Assembly: GCF_004010195.1 (NCBI RefSeq)
Contig: NC_057718.1
Location: 94,965,994-95,029,993 of the forward strand
DNA from: Chiloscyllium plagiosum
Taxonomy: Eukaryota
DNA: 64,000 nucleotides
Direction of reading: 5' to 3'
This document shows, piece by piece, positions 25,263 to 39,400 of this stretch (within the stretch, counting starts at the first letter, position 1; every line of letters begins with the position of its first letter). Below the pieces are notes generated by a model. The model had not been told where the DNA came from. It ran no database searches and was given only the letters and a program-made list of their open reading frames with translations. Both the position numbers and the translations under genes were made by a program.

Positions 25263-28200
25263 ACTAATATTAACCAGCGGTGTTGTTTCCATCAGCCCAT
25301 AGACTTGTGGATTAATTTTAAATGATCAAAACTTAAATCTTGCAAGTGAAAAAGAAATAAGTCACATTTTGTCAACCTTTTAGTTATCTGTAAAATATTT
25401 GCAGTTTTTATTCACTAGTTGCAGCGTATAATCTGGAGCATCATGAACACCGGTTTATTTCCTTAACTCCTTTTGAAGCTCTCAAGGCTGCAATTTATTT
25501 TTTGTTCCACTTTTTCCTGTTACCTTTTCTGCTGGGCTTTCTGGGAATTTGTTTTTAAAGAGAAGATGGTTTTAGTAACCTGTTGAAGTTTGACAATTGG
25601 ATGTTGAGCATCAAAATATCTTTTAACCTAGTGATTTGATAGGTCCTTTGGAGCAAATCACGGGATGCTAATTGTTTAAATTGTCGTATTGCACAATATT
25701 TTTTCCAAATCAGTCATTAAGTTTGGCATACTATAGTCTTTGATAACAAACTGCATCTTTAAGTTTTCATAAAAAGAATCTGTTTGGCTGGCAATGGGCA
25801 AGTGTGGTTTCTTTTTTGGTTATCCATCATGTTTCAGGTCCATAGCTTTATGATGTGGGTAGCAGTATTTACATCCCAGATTCCCCCATAGAAATGCACG
25901 TGCCTTTTAATACTATGTAGGTGGATGAGTAGTTTGAGGGAAGCTTTGCTGTTTGAGTTCACATTTTAATGATAATGTCATAACACATGTTTAAAAGATT
26001 CCTTTTAAGGTCAAAAGTTGCCACCAAAATGTTGGAGCTATTGTAAATCCTAAATCAGAATGATAATTAAACCTGTAAAATGTATAAAGTGGTCATTTAA
26101 AGTGTATTAGGCACATGGAGAATATTTGTAGTAGGAGAAATCTGCTTCACTATATCATTAACTATAATATTAGGGGTTTGTGATCATCTTGTAAACTTGT
26201 ATTGAACTTTAATATAAATTGGTTTTGTGAATCTCTATAATACAGTTGTAGAGATTGTCAAGTAAAAATGACATGCAGTTCTTTTTAAAAAACAATTTGG
26301 GTAATTTATGCTGTACTGTTCTCTTTGTATCTGTGTGCATTAACTTATTGTCTTAACAGCTTCTGAAATGCTTTGCAGGAGATCATTTATTTTCCTGATT
26401 CTTTTGTTTCAGTTTGTGAGCACTCTTGAAAAGGCATGTGATGGAGTTTCTGGAATTTGTAAACAACAATGTGTCCTCTCAATAATGGACAAGTCTCTTA
26501 TCAAATTGGCCAGACTTTAAACAAGTTTATTTCAGTCCCATTATCTGGCTCTTTTAAAAAGAAACTTTAGAAATTATTCCTGTAATTCAATGTGGTGATA
26601 ACCACCATTTGTTTTACCTAACTATTTGAAAGAGTTTGTTGTACTTTAGAATGAGAAAGGTAGTTGTAACTTTCTTTTTCTCCCCTTTAATGATTAAAGG
26701 TTGTCCATCTCCCTCACAAGATAAATGCTCCTTGACCTTATATGGAGGATCTTGTAACCTTAAAGCAATGTCTCATTCAAACACAATAACAGCAGAATGA
26801 TGTACATTACATGACATAAACAAATTATTTTACGATTGTAGAATATACTCACTAGTAACCTGTTACATCCTCCACTTACCTCTAGAACAGAAAGCTTCTT
26901 ACCAACACCAGAATTTCCATATTAGAATATGGAATGTTAATTGCAAGGGTTGGAAAACATTTCAGAGCCTATGCACGCTCTCTAAAGGAGTGTGTTGTAA
27001 GGTGCTGGTGATGAGAGTCATCAACTCTTTTCTTTGCTAGTTGTTCACGTGACCTGAAATTTATAAATTTTCATATACTTTGTTATTCATGACAAAACAA
27101 TAAGTATTTATTTAATTTATATGCCAAGCCTCTACCCTCTACAGTTAATCATCCTTCATTCCTAAGCAGTTATTCTTTTTAATTGTCTTAATGTTTAATA
27201 TGCTTGAAAGTTCTTAATTGTTTAAAAATTCTCCATCACTTACAAGTTATCTTTTTCAAAAAATCTTTTAGTATTTCTGATCTCCAGTTTCATCTAGTGC
27301 AAATTAAGATCAGCAATAAAGTTAATAACAAGCCTACCTTTTAATTTTAATCTCTAGTAAAAATAGAGCTTCTCCCATAAAAATCTACCAGTTTTGATGT
27401 TTGGATTTCCTGCTGCTGTCCATAGACTTGCTTGTTAACATTTTTGCCCAAAAATCTGAAGCAAGATCCTTGCCAATTTTTGCAAAGGTATGGTTTTACT
27501 GTTGTTCCAAATGAAAATGGGCCTCCTCTTGTAGGGTCAGCATCACGTCCTTCATAGTTCCTTGCTTATTTATGAATCACATGGGCATTATTTGCATTTA
27601 TTGTCCATCTCTAATTTCCTGTGACAAGATGATGGTGAGTTGTGAGATTGAATTGCTGCAGTCCACATGCAACAGGTGCACCCACAGTGCTTTTTGGGCA
27701 GGTGTTCCAGGATTTTGACCCTGTGACAGTGAAGGAACAGGAACGTGCTTCAAGTTAGAATGGTATATGACCTGATGCAGAGCCCACATGAGATGTTCCC
27801 ATGCATCTGTTGCCCTTGTTTTCCTGGGTGGTAGATGTTATAGGTTTGGTAGGTGCTACCGATGCCATAGTGAGTTGCTGCAGTAATTCTTTTGAATATT
27901 TTGCACGTTCATCAATGTACCACTCATTCCTGACACCATTTATTTTTGATATTGGCTGGTATTTTGTTCACCTATTTCCCAATTTAAGGTTTTATTATTC
28001 CTTCCCCCTTCTGCACCAGTGCCTATATATAATCCTCTCTTGAGTGGCATGATCCATTTTGTACGTTCTGACTTTCTTCTAGAGTTTAGATGGTTTATCA
28101 TAGTTTAATAAATATAGTGAATGTTCCAGTTTGAAGCAGGGACTAGTAACATTGCCTTGTCTCACCATAGATATGTTTTCCACTTCTCAATTATGAAATT

Positions 28201-30859
28201 CTAATGATTGCAGTAGAGTTTTTGAACAAGACTACCCTTTCGCAAATGGAAGATAACATAGTGGAAAGTATCTTCCACAGAAGAACGTATTTGAAAAAAA
28301 CGAGCATTATTCTCAGATGCAAATAAAAACAATCTCTGCTCTACAGAATTTAAATAGTTTTAATCTAAGTCTCTCAATCAACTACTTGGTTTATGTTGTC
28401 AAATGATTCCGCTGGGTTAAATAATCATGCCCAGTAACATTTGCAAACTGGTGACAATGATGCAATATTTGCATGGGGCAGAGATGACTGAAAAGTGTTG
28501 GTGACCTACACACAACCTGCGCATTCATGCTACTTGCTACATCCTAGCTCGCCTCCACAAAGCTAACTATTACCAATAGTATTTTTTAAAGTTTCCTGCA
28601 AATGTAGGTGAAACCCTAGTGAATATTGAAATTATTTTGCATTTGGCACTAAGGATGTTGCTCAGTTCATAGGCTACACTTTCTAAGGAATCTAGAGGCA
28701 GATCCATAAAGAAAGTAGGGGAAGGTGGATTATATTGTGTATCCAAAGTATGTAGAAGTCTTCTCATCTTTGATTCCTTCTCATGATTTTTGAGTTGCAT
28801 TTTTGAAATTGAGAGCTGTATTTTAATTTTTGTAAATTTTTACGTTATTCCAGTTTTAAGTTGACAGTACTGAGACTTTTACAATTGTTCTATGATCAGG
28901 CATTTAATAGCACTTTGAAATATTAACTTAATTTTTAAGCAGAACAGTTGAAAGATGTATTAGAAGTAGAATTTAAAAGTTAGGCATACAACAATTTCAT
29001 TGTAGTGTTTTCTTGGTAACTTTTCTTATAAAATAAGAAGGCATGATTTGTTGTTTCTTCAGGATTATATGTAACTTCCTAATGAGCAGACCTTTGAGTA
29101 ACATTTGGTGCTATCAAACAGAGCTGCAGGCCATATGTGTCCCCTGATGCCAGTCTTTTCTGCCTGAGTCCTGTGACTTTCCTGCTGTCTGTCTCTCCCT
29201 CTTGCTTCCTCTCTGTCTGGCTTTTGCTCTTGCTGTCTCTGCAACCAACCACACTTCTCCTCTTGCCCCCATTCACAGAAAAAAAGGCAAGTATTAAAAA
29301 ATAATTTGACTTCAAAAGCAATTTTGCATAACTGTATTGCTGTTATTCCATTCCTATTTGTCTTCCGCTTATCAAATCTTTCTGAAAATAGATGCAGGTA
29401 AAGAATGTGTTAACAGAAAAGTAAATGTTGCACACATTCTGAGAGATATTTTATGAACAAACATGGAACCTGTTAAATTCAGGCTAGATAACACATTTGA
29501 CATTGCCCTGCTGTTTATTCATTCAGGTTTATAAAAATATATTTACAAGTTCAGTCATCAGAGTTTAACACAGATTTTCAAAAGCATCCTATTTATTTTA
29601 TTTTCATACTTCAAATATATTATGGTGTGTATTTTCATCACGTTAAATCATCACTATTTTGAGTGAAGCAATGTTGAATGTTGTCATTATTTCTCATGGT
29701 TTGTTAGTCGAATGCCTCAATCAAAAATGTTATTTATCTTAGAAAATATCAAGTACTATGTTTATTTTCTTATTTTCCTATGAAAGTGCTTATATAGGTA
29801 GTAAAATATAAACGTAAATCAACTCCTTTAAGTTGTGTTCTCTTTTCCTTTACAGACTTGATCTTGAACAGCTTGTTAAAGCCTTATTCAAGTATTTTGT
29901 TTCAATTAATAGGTCCAATCAAAGCAGTAAATGTTACATAAATATGTATTCAGGAATATTAAGGACATAAGTTCTGTCTTAATGTTTCCTTCTGAGAGGA
30001 AGTTGTTCCTTGATTTTATTCCTAGATGGCCTAGCTCTCAAATTTTGACCGCTTGTTTTTGATTCCAGAGAAAATACTGTGGATGTGAAGGACTGTCAAA
30101 CATCTTGACCAATCTTCAAAGTGCCAATGAATGTGTGTTCCTAAAGTTTAATCCTCTGGCCATTTGTCATGCCAGTGAATCTGCTGCATTCCTGACAAGG
30201 TCGATGTATCATCTGAATGGTCAAAACTGAATGCAGTACTCCAGATGAGAAATACATGACTGAAGTTATTCTTGGGATTCTAGCCTCTTTTGATATAAAA
30301 TAAGACATCCCGTTATCTTTTTGTTGTCTTAATACTTGCCTGCTATCTTTTAAGAATTTCTCTGCTTGGACTCTTAAACATCTTGGCTGCTGTACTACTT
30401 ACCTCTGACAAATTGGAAAACAATCTGACATTGAACTCTCTTTTTTAAAATAATAGGGTCACATTAGCCCGCATCAAACTCAAATTCAGTTTTGTGCACT
30501 CCATCTGCAGCTTGCTCCTCCCGTTTGCACTACTTGCAGATCTTCCTTAATGCAAATCGTTAAGAAACAAATTGTGGTGAAAAGTTGATTAAGTCCATGC
30601 TTTTACTCTCTCTACTCCCTAACCACATTTTAACCCAATTCAAATTCTAACTCTAGAACTGTGCATACTCTCATTTACTTCTAATGCTTAAAAATCTTTT
30701 GAGTTGATTAAAAGTGATCTGCATTTTTAGAGTAGTTGTAAGTGTTTTGAATCAACCTGTTCAATCCTTTTCCAGCACAGGTGGGACTTGAACCCAGATC
30801 TTCTGGCTGACATACTACTCACTTATATACAGTATGGTCCCATAAACAACAACTGCCAA

Positions 30860-31110
30860 TTAAGGAAGAATGTTGGTGTAAGTAGCTGGAGAACATCCAG
30901 TTCTTAGAATAGTGCTGTGGAATCCTTAATAACCACCTTTGGTCAGCATGGATGGGTTGGACCGAAGGGTCTGTTTCCATGCTGTATATCTCTGACTCTG
31001 ATGGTAGAGGCTACACTATTACCTAATCTCATTCAAAAGGCAGCACCTCCATTTTGATAGTAAGAGAGTGCTATATCATTGCAAGTGTCAAACAAGATTG
31101 TGCAGTCAAG
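30860..31110. mobile_element. Degenerate Deu-domain SINE interrupted by a short CR1 3' tail (~30938-31000)
   Basis: ggagaacatcc...gaatagtgctgtggaatcctt...tctcattcaaaaggcagcacctcc; the inserted ggtcagcatggatgggttggaccgaagggtctgtttcc matches the CR1 tail. Confidence 0.5.
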
Positions 31111-32124
31111 TGAGCCCCCTCACCCAATTAATATATTCAGTATAGAAAGTGTTTTAATTATTTCCATTCCGATGATAAGCTGAGCAAGAGTACTTGGTTT
31201 TACTGGTAACATACAGTTCTAAGCTGTACAAGCAATATTTTGCTCTATATCACTCTGAAGTTTGCAGGTTAGTGAACTCCATTATGGCAGAAAGAGAGCA
31301 ATTGCTGAATAAGCTACTGATTAGTATTAGAAGAGATTTCAAAATCACTATCTACAGCCTGTTTGGATGTTCTCTTTGCACGTCTTTTTTTTGTTGCATG
31401 ATCGTTAATTTCATTAATACATTGTTACTGATTATTAGAATAGTGTGTGTAATTGCATAAAAATTGTTCACAGGAATTGAACAGTTTCAAGGGGAAATAA
31501 AATTTCTTTTGAAATAGTAGCTTAAAAGTAAAAGCAATTTCATGTTTAGTATTTTCTTTCCATGGTCTGTTATGAGTGGTAGTGATTATTTTTAGCTCTA
31601 CATAAATAAGTGTTATCGTATTATTCAGACTTCACCCCACACCATCCCGACCCAGGCCTGCCTGTCTGCCTGCCTTGGTAGATCAGTCATGTTGCCGAAA
31701 TCGCAAATAAGTCCTTCATTCTCAATTTTCTTACGTACGATCAAATAATGTTAAATCAGTAAAACCATAAACAATCTGCGATACTGTTGATCTCCAGTTT
31801 CTCCTGTAGGATGGCAGCTGGTGTTACCTTGAAAATAAAATGTAAAATATATATTGATTGCTTGATCAACGTTGACTACAAAATCATGGGGTGATTATTT
31901 TTTCACATTGCCCACTGATCAGGCATTAAGGTAGCATGGGTTTGTTTTAAAATATAAATTATTTTTTGATAATGCTTCTGTTAGTATGTGCAGTTTCCTA
32001 GGATTCTTGTTGAGGTTGCACTGTTTACATATGGTAATGTGGTAATTGGTGCAGAAGATGTCATAAAACTTTGTTCCAGATGTCATTTTAAACTTAAATT
32101 GCTGAAAAATCAAAATGTTTTTGT

Positions 32125-32640
32125 CTTGCACTAATCAGGATGCAAGAATGCCCATTTGAGGGAAAATCCATGTTTAAATAGGATGAGTGGAGAATGCTGA
32201 TTGGTTGTAGCATTGCCATGGAGAAAGTGCCAGTAAATAATGATTGACAGTTACCTGCCAAGCTTTGTTTAAACTTTTAAATAAGGCAGGTTGATTCTGG
32301 TCAGGGCACAGGCCTGAGCAATGAACCAGCTGTTGTCCATCACCTATTGTTGAGTTGAAACAGGCACAATTTGTGTATGATTTTTTTTTCCTGCAGTAAA
32401 CAACAGGACACTGTATTTTAATATATACACATAGCTTCCGATACATGCAAGTGTGCCACTGCAAGCCTAACTGGCAATCCTAAATGGTTGTCAGTCGAAT
32501 TCTTTGCACAAAGGATTATCCAGAAAATGCTGTATAATTGCAGAACCACAGCTAATGTTGGACACTGTTGCAAGTTTTTCGAGCAGTCTCAGTAGTCAGT
32601 ACCTTGCTTGTTGGAAGCAGTAGCTGGGTATGCTGTACAA
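32125..32640 (-). mobile_element. Penelope-like element relic (GIY-YIG C-terminus and 3' region)
   Basis: Minus strand gives SAIIQHFLDNPLCAKN...AHLHVSEA...IKIQCPVVYCRKK. Related pieces at ~46500-46620, ~47660-47790 and ~60790-60960. Confidence 0.6.
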
Positions 32641-34122
32641 GTTGCTGGTGAAACCACATCTAGAGTACCATGACTAATTTTAATCCTCTTGCTTAAGAGT
32701 GTATTATGTCATTGGAGGTAGTTTAGAGAACATTCAGTAGGATGATCCCCATTATGGAGGGATAATCTTATAAGTAAAGGTTAAATAGGTTGGGACTCAC
32801 TTCATTGGAATTTAGAAAAACTAGAGGTGATCTCATTGAAGCATGTAGAATTCTTAAGAGAATTGACAGGGTAAATGCAAAAAGAATGTTTCCCCTTCAT
32901 TGGACAGTCTAGGAACCGAGGGAGTTGCTTCAAAAATAAGTAGAAATTCTACCTCATCTCAGTTTTAAATTGGCACCCCTTAAGGCAAGAAGTTCCAAAG
33001 ACTTTCACCTTGAGAGCTGTGGGGGTAGAGTCTTTGTGTTTATTTAATGTTGAGATGAATTCTTGATTAATAGGGTATCAAAGGTTTGAGTGAAAGGGGA
33101 GGAAATTGTCAATGTGAGAAGTGTTGAATCGGTTACGATCCAATTCAATGGCAGAGGGGCTGTTCCTGTTCCTGTTTCTTATGGTCTTATTTTGCTGTTG
33201 GATACAATCCAGCAGAGGCAGACTTTGGAGTGTTGCATTAAGGCTTACTTGATCAGCTTCAAGTCCTTAATGAGTCCAAAGATGTGCAAGTTAGGTGAAT
33301 TGTCTATGCTAAATTGCCCATAGTGTTCAGGGATGTGCTGGTTAGCTACATTTAGTCAGGGATAAATGTAGGGGAATGGGTCTGGGTGGGTGACTCTTTG
33401 GAGGGACGGTGTGGACTTGTTGAGAAATCTAGACAATTCTTCCAACATTCAGAACTTATTTAGCCTACCTACAGGGCTGTGCCCTTTTAAAGGTTTTCAC
33501 TCCAAATTACTGCAAGTCCAGTTGTGGCTCTCCAAATCAATCCTGCAGTCATAGTTCTTTTCAGGCAGTGATTGTGACTCTTCTATTTTAAGTTTATTAT
33601 TCTTGAAATACTTGACCAAAAAAAACTGAAGAATACAAAGGTGTTCCCGGGAAACAAAGATTCCGTCTTCAACACTAGCTTCAACAATTTTTGAGTTTAC
33701 TATAAACTGCAGCAGTATGCGGAGGCTAGTGCTGCTATCAAAATATTATTAACATACAACAGGATTTTTAAAACAATGTTGTATGTTTGGTATGTTTTTG
33801 TGTGTGTGGTCGTGCCTTCAACTAATGTTTGCTGAGGTTGTGCAGACACGTCTGGCCTGTAGTGCTGGTGCGATGTTCTGTTTACAGAATCACAGGACAA
33901 TGGATTATGTTCTGTCTCCGTGATGGACAGCAATTTAGATAATGTTCCCAAAAAGGCTCATGTACGTCACAATCTGAGAGAAAGTTGTGCAGGAGTGTTA
34001 AGGTGCAGTTTAGCCCAGGATCTTGGAATATTGAGTTTTCAACCCAACTGATCTTCAAGGATGTGATTTGAAAGTTTGTCCTTTATGTATTTGTTTAAAA
34101 CTATGTTGCCATTGCTAAGATA

Positions 34123-34339
34123 GTTAAAAATCACACAACACCAGGTTATAGTCCAACAGGTTTAATTGGAAGCACACTAGCTTTCGGAGCGACGCTCCTT
34201 CATCAGGTGACACAATCACCTGATGAAGGAGCGTCGCTCCGAAAGCTCGTGTGCTTCCAATTAAACCTGTTGGACTATAACCTGGTGTTGTGTGATTTTT
34301 AACTTTGTACACCCCAGTCCAACACCGGCATCTCCGAAT
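34123..34339. mobile_element. Young Penelope-like mini-insertion: 89-bp inverted repeat plus 3' extension, 13-bp TSD
   Basis: Arms 34122-34210 and 34216-34304 (1 mismatch); TSD cattgctaagata at 34110-34122 and 34340-34352. Confidence 0.88.
34217..34251 (+). ncRNA. Minimal hammerhead ribozyme motif (mirror copy on minus strand at 34175-34209)
   Basis: CAC-CUGAUGA-A-GGAGC-GUC-GCUCC-GAA-AGCU-C^-GUG. Confidence 0.7.
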
Positions 34340-34784
34340 CATTGCTAAGATAAATAGATGTTGATGATGCCCAAGTGACTTGCTTGTGGAAGGAGTTACT
34401 TCAAGTGTGTTACCAAGAGAAAACAAATCCAAGTTAAAGGGTTAAATTTCTTTATACATTCATATTCCACTAACTCCCATTCATCTGATTGATTCCAGCA
34501 ATCTGCTTGACTATCATCCAAATCTGAGGGTTTACTTGCTGCCAGGAAGTGAATAGATGTGCAGACTTTAAAGTGATACCAATTTTTAGTTTACCCACAT
34601 ATTTAGGACAATGCAGCAACAGACTGGGATCAGAAGAGGTGATAAAGAGGTGTTCTTCATGGTGCTAGGATAGGAAAGGATGAGTTATCAAGAAGGGTGA
34701 TAAGGAAGCAGTGAAGCGCAAGAAAAGGAGAGCGTCCAGGAAAGAAAGTTAATCATGTACAAAGTAGTTTTGATTGGCCAAGGA

Positions 34785-35405
34785 ATGGTGGAGTTCAGAT
34801 AAATGTGAGATGTTGCAGGACTTCTACAGTTAATGGTAGAGTCCTGCCAAGCAAAGGGACATAGGGGTGCAGGTGCACAGTTCCTTGAAAGTGGAGCTGA
34901 AGGTGAACAGAGTGGTGAAGGTATTTGGCATACTTGCCTTCATTGGCCATGATATTGGGTATAGGATTTGAGATGTCAAGCTGCTGCTGTACAAGACATT
35001 AGTGAGGCTACTATTAGAATACTCCATGCGATTATAGTCAATTTTCTATAGGAAGGATGTTGCTGAAAAGATTTACAAGGTTGTTGGGATTGGAGAATTT
35101 AGCCATAGGGAGAGGCTGAATGGATTGGGGTTTTTTTCTTGGAGTTTCCAAAGCTGAGGAGTGACCTGATAGAGGTTTATAAACTCATGAGGAGCATGGA
35201 TACTGTGAATAACTCTGGTCCTTTCTCCCCACCCAAGGAAATGTCCAAAACTAGAAGGCATAGGTTTAAGAGGAAGAAGGAAAGATTTAGAAAGGACCTG
35301 AGGGGTAACTGAGTTAGATACAATTACAACATTTTAAAAGCATCTGGGTGGATAAGTGAATGGGATGGGGTGAGAGGGATATGGGCCAACTGCTGGCAAA
35401 TGGGG
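34785..35405 (+). mobile_element. Older CR1 3' fragment
   Basis: Degenerate match to 8400-9170. Confidence 0.8.
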
Positions 35406-35725
35406 TTAAGATTAGATTACTTGTTGGGGCGAAGGGCCTGTTTCCACACTAAGTTCTCACTGACCTCTGAAGAGCAACACACCCAGACCCATTCCTCTAC
35501 ATTTACCCCTTCACCTACCCCTTCACCTAACACTACAGGCAATTAAGCATAGCCAATTCACCTAACCTGCACATCTTTGGGTGCTCCGGTTTCCTCCCAC
35601 AATCCAGAGGAAATCCATGCAGACACTGGGAGAATGTGCAAACTCCACACAGACAATTACCGGAGGCCGGAATGGAACCTGGGTCTCTGGGTGCTGTGAG
35701 GCAGTCAGTACTAACCACTGTGCTG
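35406..35725 (-). mobile_element. HE1-type SINE
   Basis: Same head, core and gattag tail as the other copies. Confidence 0.85.
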
Positions 35726-36479
35726 GTTGGCCTAGAATTGAACTGAAGTGTCTGTTCCTGTGCGGAGGTTCACTCCAACACCAGTATTTCCTCCAAAGCT
35801 GTGAGCATCACGAATGTGTGCATTGCAGGGAAGGCTTTGTGCCTGGCATATTGTGACAAGTGCTACACTATCATCTCCTGGATGATCCAGACTGTCATGT
35901 GCCTGTTGCTGGCCATGGAGCTAGTCAAGCATTCTGTGTTGGAGGAGACAAAGGTGGTGACCAAGAACTAGCTTCAAGTGAAACACTATGTTGTACTGGG
36001 GGAAGAAAAAAAAACCTGGAGCAATGTTGAATAATAGTATGTTCATAAGATCTCAGCTGGCTGTAATTTTGATTCCCAATGCTGTCTACCCTCCCTTAAG
36101 AATCTATCTAGTGCTACTGTCAAAGAGTCAAGGGGTCTGTTTTCACCACATTAGAGAAAGAAAGTTCCAAAGACTGTTGTCCCTCTGTGAGGAATAAAAT
36201 ATCTCCTTATGTGAATTAAATGAGTGACTCATTTTTAAAACAGTGATCCCTAGTTGTAGATTTTACATGAGGAAATGTCTTTTCCACATCTCCTTTCTCA
36301 AGAACCCCTACTACCCCCACCCCAAGATCATAATATTTCAATCATGTTGCCTTTTACTCCAAATTTCAGTGCAGACAAGCCTAGCATGTCCAACCTCTCC
36401 TGAGAGACTTGTGTAATCCAGAGACCAAGAATGAAAATCTCTTGTACACATTACATGAGAGAAAAGAACAAGTCAAGAA

Positions 36480-39400
36480 AAACAAAGCTTTGATGATAGG
36501 ATATTTTATTTTAAATGGAGGAATTTGTTTTGTGTTTCATGAACAGACCAGCTTTCAGAAGCATAGCCTTCATAATTCTGCAAATCTGACAAAACACCAC
36601 AAAGACTATATTGTCCTGATGCATTCAATATTAAAGAGTTTCTAATGCACACACAGTGTCACAGATTTATTAACAATGCCTGTGAAGACAAAAACATGCT
36701 AAATAATTACACTGGGACAATACTTCATGACATCTAACCACAATACACAGAAATAAGCATACAGCCTGCACAACATAGTCGCTACAGCTCTGAATGATAA
36801 CAATAGGCTAGGTAAAATACTAAGGAAGGTCAGTGGAATTCCTGCCAAAATGCCTGCTGGTCATCTCACTTTTAAAGAAAGCATCGCAGATACAAAAAGA
36901 TTTCATTCCTAATTGAAAGTGGGGAGAGGGAAGGTGGTGGGAATACATTAAATTACTTCATCGAGCTTCTTTTCACCAATATACCACAGTTATCCTTAAA
37001 ATGTAAAAGGGGTTCATTGAACATAATTCCAGTGAAAAAGTAATTAACAGAAGAAATTTCATCCTTATTCTAAAGTCTCTGGCTTTATGGGTTATAGATA
37101 AATTTATCATGCCCCACAGTTGTCAACATTTTTGAACTTATCACAGCAAGAGCTATGGAGGTACTAGTTAAAAATGAAAGCTATGAATACATTTACAGTT
37201 TCAGACATGAATATAGAGAATATCAACATTACATACTTAAACTGATGAGTTCTATTTTAATGCTTTTTAACAATTACTGAGCTCACGTTTGGAAGAGGCA
37301 TCAGGTATATATAAATTGCTTGGCCTGTATTGAAATTTTTTTTGTATCATTCTATATCTACAATTTTCTAGGGATGGTGAAGGAGTCTGGATTTCTGAAT
37401 TTCTGCTGTCAAGTAGAGAAAAAAGTACTCTTGACAACTGTGGGTCATTTTTGTTTTTAGTTAACAAAAACACAAAGTCTGACAACCTTTAAATAACTAC
37501 TTTTTAAAAAAAATTGCTGGAGTTTTCTTACTTTGCTAACAGCTCCAACAAAGCAATTCACAGCCATTTCTCAATAGTATTGAAATACATTCTCCAGGAA
37601 TACAAAATTAGTTAAAATTACTTTGTTTCGATCACTATGTTTGTGTGACAATTCACTGGATTACACACTGATATCTGCAGCATTAAATAGGGTTTCTCCA
37701 TAGATTTCCAAAGTATTTTTCTTAAACTTATGTATATAAATTTTAGCACAAATAATTGTGTATTGAAATTAAAGTTGCAATAGAAGTTATTTTTTAAAAA
37801 CAAATCCATTACTAAGAGAATGTGAAATGCCTGCCATAAAAGGAATTTTTAATCTACATTTGTTCTAAATGAGGAATTGCTTTCAATGAAATTTATCACA
37901 CTTGCTAAATTGAGTCTTTTCCACAAATTGAAATGGTGATCTCAGAATTGTGTTTGATACGAGAAGTTATTTTTTCACAGCATCATTTTAACTCCTGGTT
38001 TTGCTGTTGCACAATCCAAAATGACCTGCCTGTACAAATTATATGAATCAAAGAAAAAGAGCTTTTAGTTTCTGTTCTTTTAGTCAAAAAATAAATAACT
38101 TTAATTCAATATATATTCTTTACGTTAAGTAGTTGAGGATTTAGTTCTTTTTTTAAAAAATCAATTTACAAAATATAGAGACAAAATAACAACAATCACT
38201 AAACATGATAACTAAACAGATGTTGATATGCACTAATGAACAAAGAGGACAAATAAGTCCTCATTGGCATTAGAAGCTCTTGCTGCTGGACTGACCTGGA
38301 ATTTCCATTCTGCAGATACTGAATATACAGAAATTGTTATAGCTGAAAAACATACCAATATCTGGACTGAGTCCATTTGTCAGTACACAATATTTGCATT
38401 TTACACAACTAAACATTTTGAAACACAAAACACTTATTCATGCAAGATGTATCATTGTGTTTTCACTGAAGAACCAAGTTTGAAGCCCTAAAACAGAGGA
38501 ATGGTTTAAAGGTTTTTGTTCAAGGTCAAGTTTAATGATACTGTCACAATCATGGCTAACAAACACATTAAATGTAGTCATGTCTTTGAAGATGTGTATA
38601 TCACAACCTTAGGATACAGCTCATTCACCAGCTTCTTCAGGATATTTTACAAAACATCCACATGCTCACATATAAAGTGCTCAGCTTTTGAAGATTGCAT
38701 ACAGGAACAGAATATTTATTTGTGAAATCTAGCTTAAGGAGTAGGACACTGAATGGATTTGTATGTATCGCCTTCTTCCTCCATGCCCTGAGGTCCTATC
38801 GTTGCTCTTCCATGAGATTATTATCGCTACTTATCACTGGTAGACTGCCATTTACAGTCTTTAAAGCATTAAAGAATAATACTGCTCAAATGAAATTCAT
38901 ATGTCAGTGATAATATTTGATCTGAGGAATCAACTTACGTGAATTTTTGCAGTGGAATAATAAGATCCTAGAATCATAGTTAGTGTTTTTCCATAATATA
39001 GCTAGATGTTTCACACAAAGACCACATCAAGCTGTTGTTCTAGGACGTTTTGCAAAGTTGCTTCCAACAAAAGAGTTCACAACTGAATATGTGCCCAGGC
39101 TAACACTGGCTCAATTGGACTTGCACTATGTACAACAAAAAGCAGCACACTATGAGACAAAGATACACTTTAGGTTGTTACAAATACATGAACACACATG
39201 CACGTACACACTCAAATGTGGAAAAAAGTTGTGGAAACCTTTCACAAAATATTCAATTCTAGATTTACAAAACCAAGCTTTCTTTTATATAAAACATTAT
39301 GTAGAGTAATTTGTGTAGTTACAACCCATTTAGATATTTTGCGAATTGGAAAAAGGTTCCACATTTTCAGCTGCACATTGTAAACAGAAATAATTGGTGG

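Noticed and set aside
34122..34304. miRNA precursor or MITE
   Set aside because: The asymmetric extension inside the TSD, near-perfect long stem and hammerhead cores fit a PLE inverted pseudo-LTR better.
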